DNA of 64,000 nt from Octopus sinensis (taxonomy: Eukaryota), in contig NC_043007.1 of assembly GCF_006345805.1 (NCBI RefSeq), positions 18,786,001 to 18,850,000 on the forward strand. Direction: 5' to 3'. This document shows positions 1 to 13,254 of the stretch, piece after piece (position 1 is the first letter of the stretch; each line of letters starts with the position of its first letter). The notes under the pieces are model-generated. The model ran no database searches. It had not been told where the DNA came from and worked only from the letters and a program-made list of their open reading frames with translations. Made by a program: the position numbers and the translations under genes.

Positions 1-7
1 GATAAAT

Positions 8-402
8 AGGCGCAGGAGTGGCTGTGTAGTAAGTAGCTTGTTTACCAACCACATGGTTCCAGGTTCAGTCCCACTGCGTGGCACCTTGGGCAGGTGTCTT
101 CTACTATAGCCTTGGGCCGACCAAAGCCTTGTGAGTGGATTTGGTAGACGGAAACTGAAAGAAGCCTGTCGTATATATGTATGCATATATATATATGCGT
201 GTGTGTTTTTGTGTGTCTGTGTTTGCCCCCTAGCATTGCTGGTGTGTTTATGTCCCCCGTTACTTAGCGGTTCGGCAAAAGAGACCGATAGAATAAGTAC
301 TGGGCTTACAAAGGAATAAGTCCCGGGGTCGAATTGCTCGATTAAAGGCGGTGCTCCAGCATGGCCGCAGTCAAATGACTGAAACTAGTAAAAGAGTAAA
401 AA
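8..402 (+). mobile_element. Family A tRNA-type SINE (most abundant family in the window)
   Basis: Head aggcgcaggagtggctgtgtggtaag...ggttcagtccc, internal TA/TG microsatellite, tail gcggtgctccagcatggccgcagtcaaatgactgaaac..gtaaaagag. More than 12 related copies in the window. Confidence 0.85.
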
Positions 403-429
403 AGAGAGAGAGGTAAAATAAAGGGGAAC

Positions 430-650
430 TGGTGTTAGAGCGTCGGATAGAATGCTACGCGGTATTTGGTCTGCCGCAACGTTCTGAGTTCAAATTCCGC
501 ATAGGTCGACTTTGCCTTTCATCCTTTCGGAGTCGATTAAATAAGTACCAGTTACGCACTGGGTCGATATAATCGACTTAATCCGTTTGTCTGCCCTTGT
601 TTGTCCTCTCTGTGTTTAACCCCTTGTGGGTAGTAAAGAAATAGGTATTT
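430..650 (+). mobile_element. Family B SINE (central gtcgactttgcctttcatcctttcggggtcgat..aagtaccag domain)
   Basis: The same head (gttctgagttcaaattcc), core and tail recur more than 15 times. The core resembles the conserved central domain of Nin/Meta-type SINEs (recalled, not searched). Confidence 0.75.
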
Positions 651-1317
651 GGTCTGATCCTCGGTGTTCCAAGTTCAAATCTTACCGAGGTCAACTTTGC
701 TTTTGCTCCTTTCAGGGTCAGGTAAAAAAAAAGGATTAATACGGTTAGGTGTATTGCTGGAATTGTAAGAAAGACGAGTTGGATGTCTTGTAGTATTTAT
801 TCCAGATTTTCGCATTTTCAGTGAAAATCCTGCCATGAGCTTCGCCTGCGGTAGATTGAATACCTCACCTAGTTTAACACCAACCCTTGGTCCTTGGTAT
901 CTGATCGAAGAACGGCCCTGAAACGATCCAATATGGGAAGAACTATGTTGTTGTTTGACCTGCTCGAAATAGCGAAATCTCTCTGAAATTACGCCCTACA
1001 GCATTAGAAAAACAAATAATGAAAATACATAAGATGATGTAGTTCTGGGCATAGACTGTACTTAACAAACCGATGAGATGGTCACGGCTGGAATGTCCTT
1101 GATCATAGGTCTGCTTGATCAATCCTCATTTAGGACTAGGCGACGACAACGCAGAAACTGCAAAACAATTTTCAGCCGGTGTCCTACTTATGATTGTTCC
1201 TTTTAACTCCTTGTTCCATGAATACTTGGTAATTATCGTTTTGTATTTTCACATTTCTTGTGGGAACCTTCGTTAGAAATCTTGACTCTCTCTCTCTCTG
1301 TATATATATATATAATA

Positions 1318-1377
<60 letters not shown>

Positions 1378-1732
1378 ATATATGTATATATATGTATATA
1401 TGTGTATATATATGTATATATATAATTTTTTTCGTAATGAGACAAAAACCAAGGGTGTGTAGTTTTAGAACATTTATAGATAGAAGTCTTACAGCTGTTT
1501 CCAGGATATTTATTATATTCCTTCATCGGAGACGGTGTGAGAGGACGGTTAAGTAATAATTTAGATAAGAGACAAATTAGAGAGTGAGGTGGATGAAAGA
1601 AAATAGATGTGAGATATGTAGAGATATTGTATTTGTAGATCCATATTTTTAGGCAGAATGGTACACATATAAGATTCCAATACCTTGTGAGTAAAATCCA
1701 ATAGTATTTATACATACATACATACATATATA

Positions 1733-1778
<46 letters not shown>

Positions 1779-2083
1779 AAACTTACTTGGAAAGTCGTGT
1801 CTCGCCTTTACCTTCCAACGCGGAGTAGACGAACGGAGGCGGCGAAGAGGGAACTTTCCTTGTGTTGTATGTCTTGAACCCTGTTTTTTTTTTAGTTGTT
1901 TCAAAAAATGTCCGTTTCCATGGTTTCTGCTTTTATGTTTTCGTTTCTCATTGTGTTCGACTTTTTTGTTTTTTATTTTATTGGTGTCCTGTCCCCATAT
2001 ATACACGTATATATACATATAGATGTAGGTACGTACATATATTATGTATATCTTTGTTTTTTATTATTTTGTTTATTATATAT

Positions 2084-2127
<44 letters not shown>

Positions 2128-2129
2128 CG

Positions 2130-2424
2130 AGGCGCAATGGCCTAGTGGTTAGGGCAGCGGACTCGCGGTTTCGATTCCCAGACCGGGCGTTGTGAGTGTT
2201 TTTTGAGTGAAAACACCTAAAGCTCCATGAGGCTCCGGCAGGGGGTGGTGGCGATCTCTGCTGTACTCTTTCGCCACAATTTTCTCTCACTCTTTCTTCC
2301 GTTGGCCTGCTCGCTTAGCCAGCGGGGTGGCGTCATTTGAAGGCTAAAACAATGCGAAGCGCATTGTGACCAGCGAGGTGTAACGACATCTGATGGCCTG
2401 GTCGGTCACGGTGATCACGGTGAT
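2130..2424 (+). mobile_element. Family D tRNA-derived SINE with an RTE-LINE-like 3' tail
   Basis: A-box-like tggcctagtggttag and B-box-like ggtttcgattcc. About 50 bp of the tail is homologous to the RTE 3' end at 50715-50771. Confidence 0.8.
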
Positions 2425-3195
2425 ATATATAATGTGTGTGTGTGTGTAGTCTTAGTAAAAATATTTTGAGAAAGACTAGCTGCTACGAACTCTTTCCGAA
2501 TGTACTTGTTTTATGCCGTCCTCATTTTAATTGATACATTTAACTTATTTTCCCGTCCTCTCATCACTTGCAGTGTATTTTACTTCATAGATTTCATTTT
2601 GTGTGGAATGATTCTTTCACACACTGAAATCCCCAGCTTATAAGTTGTTACTGATAGCTGCTAATTGCTTACGTTTATCATTCATCAATAACTTTACGCA
2701 CATCATAATTCAGTCTGAAGTCTATGGGGGCTCCAGAAAATCTATAGATGCTGGCGTTCATTTTAAAAATCTTTACTTTTTGTTGCTGTTAGTCACACAG
2801 GCGTGGCTGTATGATAAAGTATTTGCTTCTCAACCACATGGTTCCGGGTTCAGTCCCCACTGGTCGAGTACTTTCAACTTTAACCTCAAGCCGACCAAAG
2901 CCTTGTGAGTGGATATGGTAGACGGAAACTTGAAGAAGCTCGTCCTATGTATGTATGTATATATGTATGTGTATGTGTGTGTCTTTGTCTCTGTGTTTCG
3001 GCCTCATCACTGCTTCACAATTGCTGTTCATTTATTTACACCCACATAACTTACTGGTTTCACAAGAACAAACTAATAGAATAAGTACTAGGCTTATCAA
3101 CATAAAAAAGCACTAGGTTGTGTCTCATATTTTTGTTTGCCCACTCAGTTGTATCTATCAATTTATCTTTGTATGTGTGTGTGTGTGTGTATATC

Positions 3196-3785
<590 letters not shown>

Positions 3786-3802
<17 letters not shown>

Positions 3803-5112
3803 CACCCTAATGGGAGCCTTAACTCCCAAATTTTAGTCATTTTTTATGATTCAAAACGAGGTCAAATGTACTAAATGGAACTTTATGAAATTTGGAAATT
3901 ATATTCTATGCATAAGGGCCATAACCCCTATGACAATTCATATATTTTTGCTGTTGATGAAATTTTAATCATAGATATTAGACACAAATGAAGTAATATT
4001 TATAAAATTTCATCTTACAAGTTAGAAAGACTCCTCCATGGGGACTTAACACCCACAATTTTGCCATTTTATCTAAGCTAAAACGAATACAGTTGTGCTC
4101 TTGGAAGCTGTAGGGTTACCCGAGCATAAAAGTTGGGCATTATTTCTAATTCAATGGTACACCAGTCTAACAGTTTGCTTTGACATACACTTACATTGTG
4201 ATTTCTGCAATGTGGTGCATAAATTGCCAAGTAAATGAGAGGCATCTTTGCCTCCACTGATTCAGTTGCAAAGTGCTGAGTAAAGTTATTTGATTGCGGA
4301 CCTCCTTTCAGTCTTTTTATTATCCCTCGGTCACACATAGTCCCCAGATGGTAACATTGATTTCAAGGCCTTTCCAGATGAGCGACTGGTTATTCAAAGA
4401 CATTTATAGATTTTAAATTTATTCTGTCCAGTTGCGTATCAGTATAGTGTTCATTTGCAAACTCCAGAGGTGACACTTTAATTTCTCCTTAGCCCTCACG
4501 TCACACAGTTGTTAATGTTGATTTCAGTTGGGTCACGCCCTTCCACTTGCTATAGATTCGTAATGCATCTTACGACTGTGCCTGTCACCTGAATGGTGAG
4601 GAATCCTACATTGGGAGTGGTAATGACTAGGGTAGGGTAACTGACTGCTTATTGTGATCATTCGTCTTTTGGTTTCCTGTAGCTTTACTCTCTTTTACAA
4701 ACCCAGTGAACATATATTTCCTATTTCAAAGAGATTCAAACAATAGATATAAGACCCAAGTTAAAAAGATTGTCAACAATTTAACTTCTCTGGTTGACAT
4801 TAAGATGCCCACCCCCAACAGGGGACTTAACTCTCACATTTTAGAGCTCTATAACCTTCATTTTTCAGGAGCAAAATCTTTTTAACAGGTTCAATAACAC
4901 TGGAATTTTGGAATATGCGCATAAAAATCAGTAGTATAGGATACATTTGGCACGATTACAATTCTTTTAGGGTGTGTAAAGAGGGAAATAACCCTAATCT
5001 GCAATTTTGATGAAATTCGAAACATAGATATTCCAGTTCATTACAGAAAATATAACAGAAAAGTCTAATTCTTCAATTGAATGTAACCGAGCAACGCGCG
5101 GGTATCTGCTAG
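3786..5112 (+). mobile_element. Non-autonomous Helitron-like element
   Basis: 3' end gtaaccgagcaacgcgcgggtatctgCTAG|t (GC hairpin plus CTAG before T). A candidate 5' A|TCTATATAT lies at 3786. Internal repeated gg(g)gacttaac motifs. The 5' boundary is uncertain. Confidence 0.55.
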
Positions 5113-5120
5113 TATATATA

Positions 5121-5167
<47 letters not shown>

Positions 5168-5192
5168 TATATATATATATCTAATATATTAA

Positions 5193-5240
<48 letters not shown>

Positions 5241-6455
5241 GTATATATTTACATATATATATGATTGTATGCATGTGAATGCCTATATGCGTATAGGAAT
5301 AATAAATACGCAGACCTATCTATCTATGTATGTATGTATGTATGTATGTATGTATGTATGTATGTATGTATGTATGTATGTATGTATGATGTATGTATCT
5401 ATATTTATACGCACTCACAAACTGTAGCTAGTGTACAATTACAACACTATAAGAAATGTGGTTATACATATTTTCTATATTTCTATATTAGTAAATAACG
5501 ATTTGCCTCTGAGTTACACATTTTATTTTTATACGGAAGAATGAGCGAAAGGAAGGAAGAACATAAGAAAACAGCCAACATAATTCAATCATATTTCAAT
5601 CATATTTTTCACAAGAATTTTCTTCATAGTTTTAAATTTCGACTGACGTATTATATTATTTTCGTCTGTTTCATTTAAACTACCAATTCTTTTTTTTCGT
5701 TTTTCCTTTGTCTTTTGAAAAACATCATTGTGAGAAAATGACGAAATTATGAAGAAAACATTGCATGCAATCATATTTTTGCTTAATATTACTTCTTTAA
5801 AATATTTTCTATCGATTTAAAATTATTTTTGAAACTTTCATCCATTTTTATTCTTAAAATAGGAAAAAGAAATCAAAACAAAACTATTTAGAGAATTTAA
5901 CTATTTAGTTTAAATTTTTAAATTCAAACAAAAAAAAACAGAAAAAATCCAAATTCGTGTTTTATAAAATTTATGGAAGAATCATATTTTGAAGAAACAG
6001 CGATGACGTCATCCTTTTTATTTGTTATGCACAATCATAAGTCCACTCCTTGTTGCGGTATGTTGGTTTGTGTGTCCCGAAGGCCCCGGGAGCTATGCCA
6101 GTGGAATACAAACTCCTGGTGGTTTCTCCCGTTCAGGAGAGGGCCAAAGGATTGACACCAGACCAATATGGACCACCTCTTCCCACATGTAAAAATGGGT
6201 TTGCGTAGGGTCGACAAACCTATAGGTGACAATTCACTCTCCAGGGAAAGAGAGTCCAGGTTTGAGAACAGTGCTGAAAAGTTGTCGATGGCGTGTTGCT
6301 CCTTAGAGAGAGAAAGGCTTAATTTGTGATGGTGAAGCGAGATTTTCTTTGCGCTGTAATGTACAAACTATGAATCAGGCAGATTTAGCACCACACACAT
6401 ATACACATATCATATCAACTTTGTCTTTCATCATCCCGGGATCAATAAAGACCCG

Positions 6456-6631
6456 GAGACTGTTTTAGCTGAAGAATGGACACAAATTCCTTTTGAAACA
6501 ATTCAAAATTCATACGAGTTCATTCCTCGTAGAATTCAACCTTTAATTACTGCCAAAGGCGGTCCTACGCAAATATTAAAATAAATTTGTTTTAAATTTT
6601 AAGGTGTGTTCATTATTTTGTCCAACCTCTG
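6456..6631 (+). mobile_element. Tc1-like transposon 3' remnant
   Basis: Translates as ETVLAEEWTQIPFETIQNSYEFIPRRIQPLITAKGGPTQ, typical of a Tc1 transposase C-terminus. Ends ...ccaacctctg|TA. Confidence 0.65.
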
Positions 6632-7769
6632 TATATATATATATACTTAATTTAATAAAATCAACAAATTTCACCTAGTAGTATTTCGGTATGGAAAAGG
6701 ACCATATTCAGTAAAAATTTGAATAATTTTTTCGGCAGTACTATTTTGTGACTCACGTGGTAGAATTCTGGAGGGAAATACGAATTCACTTATCTATGTA
6801 AATGTGGATATGCTGGTTGGCTTTTATATTTTTCGAAAATATAAGAGGTAAGTTTTTTTAGCATTTCTAGATTTATGAGGAATATTATGTTGATAAAGGA
6901 AATGAACAAAAAGAAATAGTAGTCTTTTGGCTGCTATTTCTAAAATTTTTTGTGGGTTTAAGCAACTTGTTGCAAAAAACCCTTATTATATATATATTAT
7001 ATCTATATAATATATATATATAATATATATATATATTATATATATATATATGTTGAAGCAGTCATTGATGCCAACGGAGGTTTCACTGGATAGGTGTGAT
7101 AAAAGGATTTCCAAAATTATTTGCACCAATTGATACAAATGACTTCAAAGAAACTGACGCATCCTGTTATAGTAAACTAGATGTATTTTACATTTTCAGA
7201 TCCATACTTCTCTGTCGTCACTGAAATCGAAATGTCACTCAACATATCACTCATTTTTATGAGTGGCACACTCGATATATAGGATACATAAACCATTACC
7301 TTTTGTCTACATAATTCTTTCTGACATTTGGGGGAGGGGACAAGTCGATTATATCGACCCCAGTACTTAACTGGTACTTAATTTATAGACCTCTGAGAGG
7401 ATGAAAGGCAAAGTGGACCACGGAGGAATTTGAACTCAGAACGTAAAGACAGACGAAATATCGCTAAGAATTTCGCCCGGCGACCTAACGATACTGCCTG
7501 CTCGCTACCTTCTTTTCTCTGGTGGGGACAAACACGCATAGAAAGAACACATGTAGGCACACACACAGATACACACACAGAGGACGGGCCTCCCTTCAGT
7601 TTACGTCTACCGAATCCACTTACAAACTTTGGTCGGCCATGTGTTATAGTAAAAGACACATGCCCAAGGTACCATGCAATGGGACTGAACCCGGAACCAT
7701 ATGGTTGGGAAGCAAACTTCTTGACCCACACCAATATATGTTATTTAATATATAATATATATATAGGGA

Positions 7770-7971
7770 GATTTTACGAAAAAAACAAAAGACGAAGACA
7801 GGTGGTGTACGAAACAAACAGATGTATTAGTATAACGCTCAGGAATAGAAAAAGTCTTTTACGTTTCGAGCCTACGCTCTTCTACAGAAAGAGACACAGA
7901 AAAAACAGGGAGAGAAATAAGGAGAGAAAAAGAGAGAAAAATGTGTGTAGTGGCTAACGATCTATTATGGC

Positions 7972-7975
<4 letters not shown>
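7770..7975 (-). mobile_element. Solo Penelope-type terminal repeat with a hammerhead-shaped motif
   Basis: Homologous to 23800-24010, which lies downstream of the GIY-YIG ORF. Confidence 0.65.
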
Positions 7976-8011
<36 letters not shown>

Positions 8012-8013
<2 letters not shown>

Positions 8014-8186
8014 GGCGCAGGAATGGCTGTGTGGTAAGCAACTTGCTTAACAACCACATGGTTCCGGGTTCAGTCCCACTGTGTGGCACCTTGGGCAAGT
8101 GTCTTCTACTATAGCCTCGGGCCAACGAAAGCCTTGTGAGTGGATTTGGTAGACGGAAACTGTAAGAAGCCCGTCGTATATATGTA

Positions 8187-8243
<57 letters not shown>

Positions 8244-8450
8244 ATGTTTGTGTGTCTGTGTTTGTACCCCCAACATCGCTCGACAACCGATGGTGGTGTT
8301 TTTACTTTCTCGTAACCTAGCGGTTCGGCAAAAGAGACCGACGGAATAAGTACTCGGCTTACAAAGAATAAGTCCTGGAGTCGATTTGCTCGATTAAAGG
8401 CAGTGCTCCAGCATGGACGCAGTTAAATGACTGAAACAAGTAAAAGAGTA
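8012..8450 (+). mobile_element. Family A SINE
   Basis: Full head-to-tail match to 8-402. Confidence 0.85.
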
Positions 8451-8454
8451 TACA

Positions 8455-8773
8455 CAGATACATACATACATACATACATACACACATACATACACGTATA
8501 CATATACATACATACATACATACATACATACATACATACATTCATGCATACATACATTCATGCATACATGCATACATACATACATACACACATACATACA
8601 TACATACATACATACATACATACATGCATACATACATACATACACACATACATACATACATGCATACATGCATCCATACATACACACAAACATACATACA
8701 TACATGCATACATACATAAATACATACATACATGCATACATACATAAATACATACATACATACATATATACAT
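8455..8773. repeat. (CATA)n/(TACA)n microsatellite, left flank of the LINE
   Basis: Direct inspection. The same repeat resumes at 11794-12000. Confidence 0.95.
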
Positions 8774-11700
8774 GTTAGTTAGTTAGTTAGTTAGTTAGTT
8801 AATTTGGCTCAAAAGCAAATAGCAAGGCCATGTAGGGGGACATGGAGTTATGTACAGGGTGGTGTTCATGTAAAGAGTTCAGGCCACTTGAGGTCCAGGG
8901 AGGCTTTGAACAAAGCGGTCGTCGGCATCTTCACCATCTCGTCTGGCAGCTTGTTCCACGGATCCGCACCCGGACGGAGAAAGCTCCTCTCCTTCGATTG
9001 AGATGAAATCGTCGCAGGTAGAGCTTTTCGGAATGACCCCCGCAGCCGACGCTCCGGAGCAGGAGTGAAGAACAGCTCTTTCGAGAGGTTACACTTCCCG
9101 CTTATGATGTTGTGGGCGAGAATGAGATCACCACGGCGGCGGCGTTTTTCAAGAGAACAAAGGTCGAGCGTCCTCAGCCTTTCTTCGTAGGACAACTTTT
9201 TGAGACCATGAACCATGCGGGTAGCCAGCCTCTGGACTCTTTCGAGGTGCTGTATGTCTTCGAGGAGATAAGGAGAAGAGGCTTGAATCCCGTACTCCAA
9301 TATGGGTCTCACCAGCGTGACATAGAGTGGCAGGAATATGGCTGCTGTGAGCATTCCGAATGACCGTCGAATCAAAAACAGAATTCCGCGCGCTTTGTTG
9401 GCAGCATGGACGCACTGGGCCGAAGCGAAAGGAGGAATCCACCAAGATACCAGGTCCTTTACCTGATCGGTCCTCTCCAGCAGCAGACGACCCGGCTCGA
9501 AATCAAGTTGAGTTGCAGGAGTAATAGCCGACAGGCAGATGACAGACACTTTGACACGTTCAGACACAGGTCCCAATCGTTAGACCACTTCCAAATTTGG
9601 TGGAGGCATCGACGAATCCTCTATACTACCGCGAGGAGCGACCAGTTTGATATCGTCGCAAATAGAAGGGTGTGTTGCGTGAGGTCGTCGGCAAGTCATT
9701 TATGAAGACTAAGAACAAAAAGGGCCCAAGCACTGAACCTTGAGGCCGCCACTGCTCGCACTGGAGACGTCGGACCGCGAACCATTAACTTGAACTTGGA
9801 AGGAGCGATCTGAGAGGAAGGCACCAACCCATCGTACAATATCCGGATGGAAACTATATGCTTGAAGCTTGACAAGTAGTAGGCGGTGGTTTACCGAGTC
9901 AAAAGCTTTGGCAAAGTCCAATAAAACGATGTCGACAGCATCACTATCATCGAGGATGCGCGTCACCAATTCTTCCATTACTAGTAAGTTGGTCAAGCAT
10001 GATCTCTTCGGTACGAAGCCGTGTTGGGAATCAGTGATCGAGGCTGTGTTTAGGAGGCGGAGCATCATACTTTTCTTAAGGATGGTTTCGAACATCTTGC
10101 TGATTATTGATGTAAGGGAAACCGGTCGGTAGTTAAGCGGGTCTTCGCGGCTCCCTTTCTTGAAAATTGGGCAGATTATCGCTGTTCTTCAGTCTGCAGG
10201 TATAACACCCGTCGCCAATGACATATTGAATAGTCGTGTTAAGGGCTCGCAGATGACCGGAGCCAACGCTTTGATAACCCGTGGGTGTATGCCGTCAGGG
10301 CCGTGACCCTTGTTGACATCGAGGCCTTGAATAACACGTTTGACTTGGTCCCGCGTGATGATCAATCGAAGCATTGGAGGTACCGATCTATCAAATGGAG
10401 GGGGTTCACGACCATCATCTTGTTTGAAAATAGTTGAAAAAGCCTCGGCAATAATTGACTCTGTTGATAAGGGTCCTCAATCGATACGCCTGTTGAGTCT
10501 ACCAACGTTGCAATCTGGTTGTTCAAGCGGGAATTCCGCTGGACATGGGCAAAGAAGGTTTTTGGATTGCTACTGGCATTTGCCGCGATTTTGTATTCAT
10601 AACTGAAGCGTTCTTTCTTTTCAATTTTCACGGCTCGGTCTCGTTGAGTTTTGTACACCTCAAAAGCTGCAGTCGAATCCAGATTTTTGAATTCAGCCCA
10701 AGCAATATCTCTGAGTCGACGTTCTCGTTTAACCTTCTTCGTCACTCAGGGCTTGTGTTTCTTCCTCTTGGGAAGTCCAACGGGAACTGCCTGGTCAGTC
10801 AAACAGATTACATATGCTTTGAGGGATGACCATAGTTCGTCAACTGAGGACAACGTCATCAGGGAACGCCAGTCCAGAAGCGCGGAAGCCTCGGTTAGAA
10901 TTTCAAGATTAATTGCAGAGAAGACTCTACGTGGCAGCGAAGTAATCGTGGGCGTGGAAAAAGTTGTGTGCATGACGAACTTCAGGACCGCATGATCACT
11001 CTTGGCAGAGGGGCGCACACAGATACGTCTGACACTGATCTTGGATAGCGGGAGAATACCAGATCTAGCATAGATGGCTGCTGCCCAGACCGATGCCTTG
11101 TCGGATATTCAACATGTTGCGATAGAAAACAATCTTCAGCCACGTCAAGAAGGGCCTGGCCGAACCGGGAAGATGTTGTACAATTGATGCGGGCCAATCG
11201 ATCGTGGGAGCGTTGAAGTCGCCTAGTACCAAGCAGTCATGCGAAGCTGAAACGAATCTTATCGCTTCGAGTAGATGAGCATCGTCCTGGGGGTCGGCTA
11301 GAGGCGGCCTGTAGACAGCCAACACGGGCAGGCAAAACTCAGATAGGCTCAGCTTGCAATAAACGGCATCGAATTTGGTTGTAGGTTGAGCATTTGTGGG
11401 TAGAATACCGCAGGACGGTTTGTGCTCAGACTTAACATACACAGCAACACCTCCACCTCGCCTTTTTCCTCTGTCACATCTGAAAAGGACGTAGCCCTGC
11501 AGGTGGATCTCTGAGTCCTTTACTGCTGGAGTCAGCCAAGTCTCGGTGATAGCTATCACATCAGGGGAGTCGCGTAGGGCCAATGTAAATAGTTCACTGA
11601 ACTTTGGGAATAAGGAGCACGAGTTGGTGTAGACGATGCTGAGCTGTGAAGTCTGAGGGGCGGGAGTTGGGGAACAAGCAGAATAAAGGGCATCAGAGAT

Positions 11701-11793
11701 AGCATCGTTGACGGGGGTATCAACTTCACTTCGATTTGCCCTCACATCACTTTCCCTGTCAGCACTACAGCATGGGACCAGAGGTAGGACTTG
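8774..11793 (-). mobile_element. CR1-group non-LTR retrotransposon, near-complete APE+RT ORF broken by frameshifts, (TAAC)n 3' tail
   Basis: APE motifs IVYTN, AITETWL, GGGVAVYV and SDHAVL. RT motifs QHGFVPKRSCLTNLL, LDFAKAFDSV, G(V)PQGSVLGP (frameshifted) and F(A)DDIKL. C-terminal RRRRGDLI and WNKLP. Tail (TAAC)n at 8774-8801. Confidence 0.95.
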
Positions 11794-12951
11794 TACATAC
11801 ATACATACATGCATGCATACATGCATACATACATATATACATACATACATACATACATACATACACACACATACATACATACATGCATACCTGCATACAT
11901 ACATACATACATACATACATGGATACATACATACATACATACATGGATACATACATACATACATACATGCATACATACATACATAGATACATACTTACTT
12001 ACATATATGCATATAAGTGTCTGGGTGTCTGTGTCTATATATATCTCCAGGGCAACGCTTTCCAATATGTCCTCCTTTTTAAATTCCCTTTTAAGACTCT
12101 TTCATCAAAAGCACTCCATCCATCCATCCATCCATCCATCCATCCTCCATCCATCCATCCAGCCAGCCAGCCAGCCAGCTAGCCAGCCAGCCACAGCCTG
12201 CTCAGTTACTAAAAGACGTCCACATCTGCGTTATCCACACGCGTCCTTCCTTGCTTAAAACCCGACGATTAGATTTCATAGTGATTTGACCGCGCTTTCT
12301 TGAAGGTCAACATGTTACAACGGAGGCTGCAACATGGGTCGGGGGGTTGCGAATATGCTTAATATAGCTGAGAGGCAACAGGGGGGAAAATCGAATTACA
12401 ACAGAAATGAAGTCTAAAGAGAAAGAACAGAAGGAAAGAAAGAAGCGACATTAATCTTACATCGCCAGATTTCGCTCTTCACTTAGAATCAGTTTTCTGT
12501 AAGGAATAAATTGAATTTCTTTTGATTCTATAGAATGCAGCATGTTCATTCCGTTATGGGCAGGATTATTCGTTTCTGCAAAGGATTATCTCTGACTACA
12601 GGAGATTATTCTTGTCTACATGCCATTATACATATTATAAAATTATGAAAAATTAAAACGTTACTCTTTTAACCGGTAAACTCGTCGGATGTGTGTGTGT
12701 CTGTGTCTGTGTGCGTGTGTGCGTGTGTGCGCGCACGCTTGTGTGTATATATATATATATGCGTATATAATGTATACATACATATACTATACATATCCGT
12801 CCATACGTACAAACGTACAAATACACGCATACACTCTCATGGACATATATATATCAACGCAAGCCTATGCATACGCGCTGCTATTAGGGTTAGGGTATGT
12901 ATGCACGTGAGTGTGTATATGTATATATATATATATATACAAATATTTATA

Positions 12952-13030
<79 letters not shown>

Positions 13031-13074
13031 TATATATATATATATATATATACACGCATATGTATATAATGCAT

Positions 13075-13130
13075 ATAATAATAATAATCTTAATGAAATT
13101 ATTGTATACAGTGCTCAGTTGCACCACAAC
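13075..13130 (-). mobile_element. Very short 3' tail fragment of the LINE found at 27660-28200
   Basis: gtggtgcaactgagcactgtatacaataatttcattaagattattatt matches 28157-28200. Confidence 0.7.
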
Positions 13131-13203
13131 ATATTATAATACATCTATGTACGTATGTATCTATCGATATATACATATGTATTTATATATATATATATAA
13201 AGA

Positions 13204-13254
<51 letters not shown>

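Noticed and set aside
901-930. ctgatcga...ctgaaacgatc as a hammerhead; also weak motifs at 6681-6711 and 17140-17147
   Set aside because: Each has an insertion or substitution in the core and lacks convincing stems or the GAAA half.
2130-2200. tRNA-like A/B boxes in SINE heads (also at 8, 8012, 57064 and 40100)
   Set aside because: No complete cloverleaf, and they continue into SINE bodies, so they are not called as tRNA genes.
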